A stretch of DNA of 47,237 bases, from IMG/VR virus record IMGVR_UViG_3300021476_000006, positions 1 through 47,237 of that record; one strand, given 5' to 3'. A program made the position numbers and the translations under genes. Shown piece by piece: positions 8,739 through 16,520 of this stretch; position 1 is the first letter of the stretch; each line of letters opens with the position of its first letter. The DNA is from a virus. Lineage: Duplodnaviria; Caudoviricetes. The notes below the pieces were generated by a model. That model was not told the DNA's origin. It saw only the letters and a program-made list of their open reading frames with translations, and did not search any database.

Positions 8739-9913
8739 ACGACGTAAACGAGGCTTTTTACACTTTGGTAGACGGGATACATCAAGGCAGGATCTCGACT
8801 CACGTACAGTCTAGTCGTAATGGAGAGGTAATGGTAGTCGAGGAGCCTGTGATTATCACTTACCGATATCCCAAAAACCGGGTTCTGCTTAATCCATATA
8901 GGGATGCTAACCCATTTTTTAATATCGTGGAGTCTCTGTGGATGCTCGCTGGGCGAAACGATGTAGAGCCTCTAGCATATTACAACAGCCGGATGAGTCA
9001 GTTCTCTGATGACGGTAAGACTTTTAATGGCGCCTATGGATATCGTTGGCGACACCCCAATACTACGAATGGTTGTGACCAGTTGCACGTTCTTATCGAA
9101 CACCTCCGTCGGAATCCGGAGAGCCGTAGAGCTGTACTGCAAATGTGGAATGTAGAGGATGACCTGCTGAAGATAGACGTTAGCAAGGATGTAGCATGTA
9201 ATCTGGCGGTGTGTTTCTCTGTGGAGCAAGGTAGATGCCGGGAATGCAATGGAACTGGCAAGACTTATGCAGGGGGATGGGAGGAAGAGATATGTTGGAA
9301 GTGTAAAGGAGAGCCTCATGACTATCCTTGCTACCTCAATATGACGGTATTCAACCGGAGCAACGACCTTATCCTTGGTATGCTAGGGTCTAACTACTGT
9401 CATTTCTCTTTCCTTCAAGAGTACATGGCGACTGCACTGGATTTGGATGTAGGTAAATACCATCAGATCACAAACAATATGCATGTTTATCTAAACAACT
9501 GGAAACCAAACTTATGGCTGAGATGGTATGAAGAGAACCCAAGAGATTTCGAGGAGACATCAACTCGTGCTCCTCTAGTTGAAGACCCCAAGAGATTTGA
9601 TGAAGAGGTTAAGGAGTTTGTTAGCCGGCATAAACAGGATGCTATGGCTGGGCGGTATAGAGAGCAATTCCTTAATCATGTGGCACAACCCTTGTGTATA
9701 GCCTTTCACCATTATAAGAGAAAGGAATTCTCCCATGCTCTAGCATCTGTTAGTCATGTGTATGATGATGATTGGCGTAGAGCTGGTATTCAATGGCTTA
9801 CTAAGAGGATGGACGCACATGCTGAGCGAAGAAGACAGAAGAAAAGCGATCAAGCTGGGGGAAAAAATGATGGGAGTGGGGACACACAAGGAATCAGTAA
9901 CGTTGGGGCATGA
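8723..9913 (+). CDS. thymidylate synthase-fold enzyme, probable dUMP hydroxymethyltransferase, with zinc-finger insertion
   Basis: SRNG, RDANPFF, GAYGYRWR, SRRAVLQMW, KDVACN (catalytic Cys), NRSND, GSN (dUMP-specifying Asn), HVY; neighbours are hmdU-modifying genes. Confidence 0.85.
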   Translation: MHFSVNDVNEAFYTLVDGIHQGRISTHVQSSRNGEVMVVEEPVIITYRYPKNRVLLNPYRDANPFFNIVESLWMLAGRNDVEPLAYYNSRMSQFSDDGKTFNGAYGYRWRHPNTTNGCDQLHVLIEHLRRNPESRRAVLQMWNVEDDLLKIDVSKDVACNLAVCFSVEQGRCRECNGTGKTYAGGWEEEICWKCKGEPHDYPCYLNMTVFNRSNDLILGMLGSNYCHFSFLQEYMATALDLDVGKYHQITNNMHVYLNNWKPNLWLRWYEENPRDFEETSTRAPLVEDPKRFDEEVKEFVSRHKQDAMAGRYREQFLNHVAQPLCIAFHHYKRKEFSHALASVSHVYDDDWRRAGIQWLTKRMDAHAERRRQKKSDQAGGKNDGSGDTQGISNVGA

Positions 9914-9978
9914 GGCTGAATGGTGGGAAAATGTAGCAGTTACTCTTTTCAAAAACGTAATACCAAACTGGTGGAAAT

Positions 9979-10562
9979 ATGGAACCGGCCGAGCAACCAC
10001 AGGATTTGAGGTTCCCACCTGTAAAAACTAAGACAGACTTTGTACGGAGGTTTCTCTAGCTGGAGAATTTGGAAACCGCACGCCAACTTGGGATACGCTG
10101 GATGAATTCGTCGAGGATTATGATAACTACTGTGGTTGTAAGTTTGGGCTCCGCAATCGGGTAGCTGGCGGGAAGATGTTCTACGATCTATCTCAATACG
10201 AAGTCTGCGAAAAATGGGCGGATACAGAGAACCATGAACAGTGGTATGCCTCTCAAATGATTCCAACAGAGGAACACACTCTTATTAATGCAGAGGTGAT
10301 GCGCACGGAGACAGGTCTGTACCTATACTACAGTACAATTCGAGAACCTATGCGACCTTCTCTTCAGAAGGGTGGTCAGCATGTCTGGGGATTACAGGCA
10401 CATATGATTCTTAAGGGCTTTTTATGCGCAAATTCATGGTCATGGCTTAATCATTTGCTTGATACTTATGTCAACCATGTAGTAGAGTTGACTGCATTAG
10501 ATATCTTCTTCGGTGTCATCCCAAATTATAACTCCCTATTTTGGGAATGCCGAAGGTACTGA
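9979..10562 (+). pseudogene. hypothetical protein, frameshifted near 10054
   Basis: ATG 9979 reads ...PPVKTKTDFVRRF then stops. Removing one CT from TTTCTCTAG continues LAGEFGNRTPTW... into the 10176-10562 ORF. Confidence 0.5.
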
Positions 10563-10632
10563 TGATGAGTTCCCTCATCAAAGATCCTACATCCTAAATC
10601 TATCTTAAAGCTACCTCATCTAAGGAAAAGTC

Positions 10633-12846
10633 ATGCCGCGAATAGCTCCTAAAAACTTGCGACCATTCCTCTTTCATGGAGTGGACTTATCGTGGGAAGA
10701 TGGTAAAGAAGAAGCCTTGGGTAATTGTCCGTTTTGCGGAAGAGATAACAAATTCTCTGTGAGGATTGATTCCGGCCAATGGCGATGCTTCGTATGTGGC
10801 ACCGGGTCAGAGAAGGGGGGCGGCAATATTATGTCCTTCCTTCGGTATCTATGGGAGGAGTCCGACAAGGCTACTGATGGAGCTTCCAAGGATCTCGCAG
10901 TAGAGCGTAAGTTCCTCTATCCTGAAACAGTGACACACTGGGGAGTATGCCAATCTGTATCAACTGGGGAATGGTTGGCGCCGGGGTACGGTACGGACAA
11001 GAAACTCCATCAGCTTTATAAATGGTCCTTGGATGTTAGCTCAGGTAAGAGGCGGCTATTTGCTACCCCGGATTGCCATCATCAAATCTACGGGTTGAAT
11101 CATTGGGATGAGACCAAGCAAGACGTTTATATTTGTGAGGGGATTTGGGATGCTATGGCTTTCTGGGAAGTACTTAGGGCATCTAAGACTGATGACGACG
11201 GTAATTTATCTTTGACCGGGATAGAAGCGAACAGTCTTATATCAAAAGCCAATATTATTGGTGTGCCCGGCTGCAACGTCTTCTCAGAAGAATGGGTGAA
11301 TCTTCTATCAAATAGGAATGTGATTTTCATGTATCATTCTGACCATCCAAAAGAGCACAAAGGCAGGACTCTCCCGCCCGCTGGGTTTGCTGGCATGAAG
11401 CGTGCTATAGAAATGGTATCCAAAGTGACTGAGTGTGTACCCAGGTCCGTCAGTTATTTGGACTGGGGTCGAGACGGGTATGACCGCAACAAACCCTCTG
11501 GATTTGATGCTCGCGACGTGCTCTCTGAAGGTAACAGTATGGCAGAGAGAGTGGCTCTTCTCCAGGAGTTGCTGTCTAGGGTAAAACCTATCCCTGTCGA
11601 GTGGGTGCCTGGACGAACGTTCAATCAAGGCGCAGGGGGTACTGATATCGCCTGTCGTCCGTGCAAGAGATGGGACGAACTTGTTAATCAGTGGAAGAAG
11701 GCAATGGATTGGTTTGAGGGGATGGATAGGGCTCTGTCTATTATGCTAGCCTCTGTAGCATCCACTATGTGCGTAGGAGAGCAGTTATGGTTTAAAGTGC
11801 TGGGGCCTGCCTCTTCTGGTAAGAGCACGCTCTGTGAGGCACTAAGCATCAACAAACGCTATATCTATCCCAAGAGCACAATTCGGGGGTTCCATAGTGG
11901 TTACAAGACGGATAAAGAAGGTAAAGATGATTATGGTCTTCTTGTTCAGGTTAATGGAAAGACACTAGTTACAAAGGACGGAGACACGCTGCTACAATCT
12001 CCCGACCTTCCAAGGATTTTAGCCGAAGGGCGAGACGTATTTGACCGGTGTTCGCGCACTCACTACAGGCATGGTGTCTCCAGAGACTATGAAGATGTGA
12101 ATATGACCTGGTTGTTGTGCGGAACAAATGCTCTACGATCCATCGACTCTTCCGAATTGGGGGAAAGGTTCCTGGATACCGTCATTATTGAAGAGATCGA
12201 TGAAGACCGGGAGAGGGAAACCGCTTTGCGAGTGGCTTATGCAGCTCTGAGGGCTTCTTGCCTCCATGCTGGGCAGAGGAGAGAGGATAAGGAAAAGATA
12301 CTTGCAAAGCAGATGACTGGTGGGTATGTTGATTACCTCCGCCAGAACGTCCACGAACTATCGGCTCAGGTTATAGAGACGTTCCAGGATCGTTATTTGG
12401 CTAGATGTCGGGATCTCGCCAAGCTAATCTCTTTGCTTCGAGCACGACCTAGCAGCCGTCAGAAGGAGAAAGCTGAAAGGGAAATGTGCTACAGGCTAAC
12501 CAATCAACTAACCAGACTGGCGGTTTACCTGACGGTAGTGCTTAACAAGAAGGAGGTAGACACGGAAGTAATAAGGAGGGTGACGCAGGTGGCTTTTGAT
12601 ACTGGGCGTGGTATCGCCCTGGAAATAATCAGAGCTATTCTGGAGGCCAAAGAAGAACAGAGAGAGTTGACTTTCCACGGCCTCATGGTTAAAACCAAAC
12701 ACTCAGAGAAAGAAGAGAGACTCCAAGTCTGGTTTATGCAACAGATCAAAGTGATTGAGTCAAAAACTGAGAAAAACTTGAAGCACTACACGCTATCTCC
12801 TAACCTGGAGCAGCTTTACCTGAACTGCCTTGGAGGGCTAAAGTAG
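10633..12846 (+). CDS. primase-helicase (zinc finger, TOPRIM, P-loop ATPase)
   Basis: CPFC...CFVC zinc finger, YICEGIWDAMA TOPRIM, GPASSGKST Walker A, and AAA+/MCM-like C-terminal part. Confidence 0.85.
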   Translation: MPRIAPKNLRPFLFHGVDLSWEDGKEEALGNCPFCGRDNKFSVRIDSGQWRCFVCGTGSEKGGGNIMSFLRYLWEESDKATDGASKDLAVERKFLYPETVTHWGVCQSVSTGEWLAPGYGTDKKLHQLYKWSLDVSSGKRRLFATPDCHHQIYGLNHWDETKQDVYICEGIWDAMAFWEVLRASKTDDDGNLSLTGIEANSLISKANIIGVPGCNVFSEEWVNLLSNRNVIFMYHSDHPKEHKGRTLPPAGFAGMKRAIEMVSKVTECVPRSVSYLDWGRDGYDRNKPSGFDARDVLSEGNSMAERVALLQELLSRVKPIPVEWVPGRTFNQGAGGTDIACRPCKRWDELVNQWKKAMDWFEGMDRALSIMLASVASTMCVGEQLWFKVLGPASSGKSTLCEALSINKRYIYPKSTIRGFHSGYKTDKEGKDDYGLLVQVNGKTLVTKDGDTLLQSPDLPRILAEGRDVFDRCSRTHYRHGVSRDYEDVNMTWLLCGTNALRSIDSSELGERFLDTVIIEEIDEDRERETALRVAYAALRASCLHAGQRREDKEKILAKQMTGGYVDYLRQNVHELSAQVIETFQDRYLARCRDLAKLISLLRARPSSRQKEKAEREMCYRLTNQLTRLAVYLTVVLNKKEVDTEVIRRVTQVAFDTGRGIALEIIRAILEAKEEQRELTFHGLMVKTKHSEKEERLQVWFMQQIKVIESKTEKNLKHYTLSPNLEQLYLNCLGGLK

Positions 12847-13146
12847 TGGGAGAATTTTAGTTCGTTGTAGTGTCCCTCGGCATCTATATGGTGATACTGG
12901 CGATGATAGTGATTCTGGTAATACCAAAGAACCATAGGGATGAGGATATGTAATAGTTGTAACGGACGTGGCACTAAAACTTTAAGAGGACTGAGCAAAA
13001 ATGAGCGTACCAGATACCACGCTCTTCCTGGAAGAAGAGTACCAGGCACACTTGGTTGGCAACTGTTGGCCTATGTGTCCACATTGCGAGGAAGAGGGTG
13101 AAGAGGAGATCAAAGATATGTATATCGATATTGGGGGGGAGGGCTA

Positions 13147-13347
13147 ATGGAGATAGTTTCTCTAGTCTTGGCTTTGTTTTTCCTGTTGTTTCTAGGAATA
13201 GCGTGTCGCCGGATAGACATTCTGGAAGAACGGATGAACACTTACCGCAGAACTCTTGACATTACTGCACAAGCGATAGGGGATATTGAGGGTAGAATCC
13301 TACAACTGGAAAAATCACATGCAATGTCCGTGCGGTGGAGAGGCTGA
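13147..13347 (+). CDS. small membrane-anchored coiled-coil protein
   Basis: N-terminal hydrophobic helix; GAGG SD. Confidence 0.5.
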   Translation: MEIVSLVLALFFLLFLGIACRRIDILEERMNTYRRTLDITAQAIGDIEGRILQLEKSHAMSVRWRG

Positions 13348-13537
13348 GTATGATGGAGGCAGTATGCGCAGCATGACTTGTAAATCATGCCTGTTCCGAA
13401 TGTGGACCAGCAAGTATATTCCAGAAAGCCTAACTACATCCTCCTATACAGAGGCTTGGTTAGAGTATTGCCAACACCGTACTATACAGTATGCTAGCCC
13501 TTTTAACTGGTGGGAGGCCCATCTTTGGCATGTGTGA
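13319..13537 (+). CDS. small Cys-rich hypothetical protein
   Basis: CPCG...CKSC zinc-ribbon pattern from ATG 13319. Confidence 0.45.
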   Translation: MQCPCGGEAEYDGGSMRSMTCKSCLFRMWTSKYIPESLTTSSYTEAWLEYCQHRTIQYASPFNWWEAHLWHV

Positions 13538-13961
13538 ACTGGGGACGGGTCATTATGGAACAATTCGAAGCACGTTAGATACTACCTATTTCCTACCTAG
13601 TAAGGAGGAGGTATACTACCTTATACTAAACATACTCTCCCTTTCCAATTTCAGGTGGTGGTTTAGTATAACGTAGGCGGGTAGCAGAAGTCAAGTCTGT
13701 TTTATTTTTGGGGGGATTTTTCTTGTTCGCAGCTATATCCCTGGTGATTGCGCTAGCGTGTGGAAGCAGTAACTTTCAGATCCGTCAATGTGCCACAAGA
13801 GTCGGTCAGTGGTTGAGGATTCATGGGGCGTTTCCTTACGAAACTACTAACTGGATGATCAAATCCCGAGATCCAGAAGTTTCGCATAGGGGTAAGATGA
13901 TAGGACAGGCGACAACCTACTACTACCTAAGGAGCCGCTGATCAAGTGGGTAACGAGTAAG

Positions 13962-15098
13962 ATGCCTTTAATACCACCCAAGCCGTACTGGCGTTCAGAT
14001 GATGACACCGCGAAGCTGTATCATGGGGATGCTTCAAGTATGCTTCGACGCCTACCAGGGAATTTGGTACAAACAGTAATTACATCTCCCCCATATTGGG
14101 GCTTGAGAGATTATGGTTTGGACAAAAGTGTAGAAGTGGGTTCAGAACAAACTCCTGAAGAGTACATAACCCGGATGGTTAGTCTATTCCGGCAGATTTA
14201 CCGAGTTCTCAGAAAAGACGGCACAGTTTGGCTAAACATGGGGGATAGTTATGCCAGTTCTCATGGAGATACCAGGAGCACCTTTCACGAAAGATACCCC
14301 AATGCTTCACCCAACAAAGGACCAATTATCAGCCAACAGTTCCGCCACGGTAAGGGCACTTATGTCGGTCTAAAGCCGGGTAATTTGGTTGGTATGCCCT
14401 GGAGGTTAGCACTTGCGCTTCAGGCTGACGGCTGGATATTACGTCAAGACGTTATCTGGCACAAACCTGCCCCAATGCCTGAAAGCGTTACTAATAGATG
14501 CACGAAGGCGCACGAATATCTCTTCCTTTTGACCAAAGTAGGATCTGGGTACTATTATGATGCAGAAGCCATCAAAGAGGAGGGGAGCAATATTTCTCCA
14601 GGAAATAAACATCATGCCGCGCCTGGGTCGTACTTGGCAAAAAACCGTAGATCGGTCTGGAGAATCCCTTTTCAAGGGTACTCCGGTAGTCACTTTGCCG
14701 TATTCCCGGAGAAGCTCGTAGCGCCCTGCATACTGGCTGGTACTTCGGAATATGGTGCATGTGTGCGGTGTGGTGCTCCTTGGAAAAGGATCATTGAGAA
14801 AACCAAACTCACCAGGGATCGCCCTCGCGATTATGTTAAGCGACAACCGGGTGAAGAGAACGCCTGTGCTAACTCCGTAGCTGGGGTAGACGCGATAACT
14901 GTGGGATGGGCGCCGATGTGCGAATGCGAAGTCAATGAAGTCCGACCGTGTGTTGTATTAGATCCGTTTGTGGGCAGTGGAACCACATGTGCCGTCTCAG
15001 TAAAATTAGGTAGGCGGAGCTGGGGAATCGATTTAAGTGAAACTTATTTGCGTGATCATGCTGTTCCCAGGATAACTAAGGCTATGGAGGTTTTATGA
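13962..15098 (+). CDS. DNA amino-methyltransferase (N4-C/N6-A, beta class)
   Basis: TSPPY catalytic motif, WHKPAPMPESV, HFAVFP, DPFVGSGTT SAM-binding motif; Cys-containing insertion (CVRC...CEC). Confidence 0.92.
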   Translation: MPLIPPKPYWRSDDDTAKLYHGDASSMLRRLPGNLVQTVITSPPYWGLRDYGLDKSVEVGSEQTPEEYITRMVSLFRQIYRVLRKDGTVWLNMGDSYASSHGDTRSTFHERYPNASPNKGPIISQQFRHGKGTYVGLKPGNLVGMPWRLALALQADGWILRQDVIWHKPAPMPESVTNRCTKAHEYLFLLTKVGSGYYYDAEAIKEEGSNISPGNKHHAAPGSYLAKNRRSVWRIPFQGYSGSHFAVFPEKLVAPCILAGTSEYGACVRCGAPWKRIIEKTKLTRDRPRDYVKRQPGEENACANSVAGVDAITVGWAPMCECEVNEVRPCVVLDPFVGSGTTCAVSVKLGRRSWGIDLSETYLRDHAVPRITKAMEVL

Positions 15099-15147
15099 GC
15101 GTAGTCTGTTGGTTGATGACTAGAATCCCGTTAAGGAGGGTTGAACT

Positions 15148-15342
15148 GTGAGTGTTGAGCAATGGAAACTAGATTATCCTCAGGTCGGTACTGCCGCTTG
15201 GAACACGATTAACCAGCGACGGACTGATTTGATCTGTAAGATGATGATCCGTAGCACCATAACTCGTAAGGAGAAAGAGGAACTAGAGTATCTCCTGTTA
15301 GATAGATTGGGAGTCGTCTGTAAGTTGAAACAAAGATTCTGA
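15148..15342 (+). CDS. hypothetical protein
   Basis: AAGGAGG SD before GTG. Confidence 0.5.
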   Translation: MSVEQWKLDYPQVGTAAWNTINQRRTDLICKMMIRSTITRKEKEELEYLLLDRLGVVCKLKQRF

Positions 15343-15392
15343 TGGTAACAAAACGTCGGACAATAGTCCAGCTTTACATAAGGAGCTAGAAA

Positions 15393-15743
15393 ATGGCGGA
15401 ACAGAAGACTCCGGAGCAAATTCTGGAACGGATTAAAGTAGATTTAGTCGATGCCCAATATGGGTATGGACATTGCGATAACAGCAAGTACTATCAGGAT
15501 ATGAAGTTCATGATGGAGCAACTGGAGGTGGCGAAAGGACTTAGACCTGAACAAACGAATGTCAAAGTAGTTCAAAAGAAGCTGGATGAGCTGCTCACTC
15601 ACTTGGCGGCGGAGAAGAAAGCCCACCTAATCACTTTGGACGCCCTCCGGGCTGCTAATGCGGCTTTGGAGGAAGCATCTAACAAACTTCGTCTATATAA
15701 TGAGGCTGAGGCACACGCAACCGTTCTAAAGTTCGAGCGATGA
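15393..15743 (+). CDS. coiled-coil hypothetical protein
   Basis: AAGGAG SD; helical composition. Confidence 0.55.
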   Translation: MAEQKTPEQILERIKVDLVDAQYGYGHCDNSKYYQDMKFMMEQLEVAKGLRPEQTNVKVVQKKLDELLTHLAAEKKAHLITLDALRAANAALEEASNKLRLYNEAEAHATVLKFER

Positions 15744-15768
15744 GATTCTAACTCTGTGGCGCTCGCTT

Positions 15769-16020
15769 ATGAGACACAAACGAAATTTGGCCTTTCCTAA
15801 TCTTTACTACCATTTGACGTGCTGTGAAGATTTGGCACTAGAGGTCCAAAAACACCTTGATGGAAGTGTACCACCTGCGAAAAGAATGGAGCAGATTCAG
15901 AAGAAGATTGAGGAGTTGCTAGCGCAGAGTCACTACGGAAGAACGACTGCCCAGCAATCCGGTTCTTATACATGGTCTAAGATGTACTATGGGAAAAAGA
16001 ACGTAAAGGAAGGTACGTGA
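15769..16020 (+). CDS. hypothetical protein
   Basis: ORF coupled to the terminase small subunit. Confidence 0.45.
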   Translation: MRHKRNLAFPNLYYHLTCCEDLALEVQKHLDGSVPPAKRMEQIQKKIEELLAQSHYGRTTAQQSGSYTWSKMYYGKKNVKEGT

Positions 16021-16520
16021 TGCCTCACTCTAAAACCTCCGCCGTTGTCATAAAAGCTGCTATTCGGCATGATGAGGTACTACGGCTGCGTATTATGGGA
16101 TGGACGTTCGCGGAGATCGGAAATAAGATGGGCTGTTCTCGTCAGAAGATACACGCGATAGTCCAGAAGCAGTTAGGGCATATCAAGGCTGAGCTTTCTG
16201 AGAAAAGAGAGCACGCTAGAATCTTGGCTGCTCAGCAGCTGGATGTGCTCCTTAAGAGATGGTTTCCTACTGCACTGGGAAAAGACTTCGACAAATCAGA
16301 GAAGGCTACCCGAATCCTGCTACAATTAATGGCGCGTAAGGCGACATTGTTAGGCTTGGACCTGGCGGACGAAAAGGGTAAAGCAGAGATAGCTAACTGG
16401 GTGGTTAATGTACAGAGAGAGGTAATCACCTCTCGTGATCAGGTGATAGAGGCACAGTCAGTGGAAAAGCTGCTTGAGAACTTGAGAGACGAAGAGGAAC
16501 CAAAGAGTGAAAAGGAGTAG
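16017..16520 (+). CDS. terS: terminase small subunit (HTH)
   Basis: VLRLRIMGWTFAEIGNKMGCSRQKI HTH and RKATLLGLD motif; overlaps terL. Confidence 0.7.
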   Translation: MMPHSKTSAVVIKAAIRHDEVLRLRIMGWTFAEIGNKMGCSRQKIHAIVQKQLGHIKAELSEKREHARILAAQQLDVLLKRWFPTALGKDFDKSEKATRILLQLMARKATLLGLDLADEKGKAEIANWVVNVQREVITSRDQVIEAQSVEKLLENLRDEEEPKSEKE

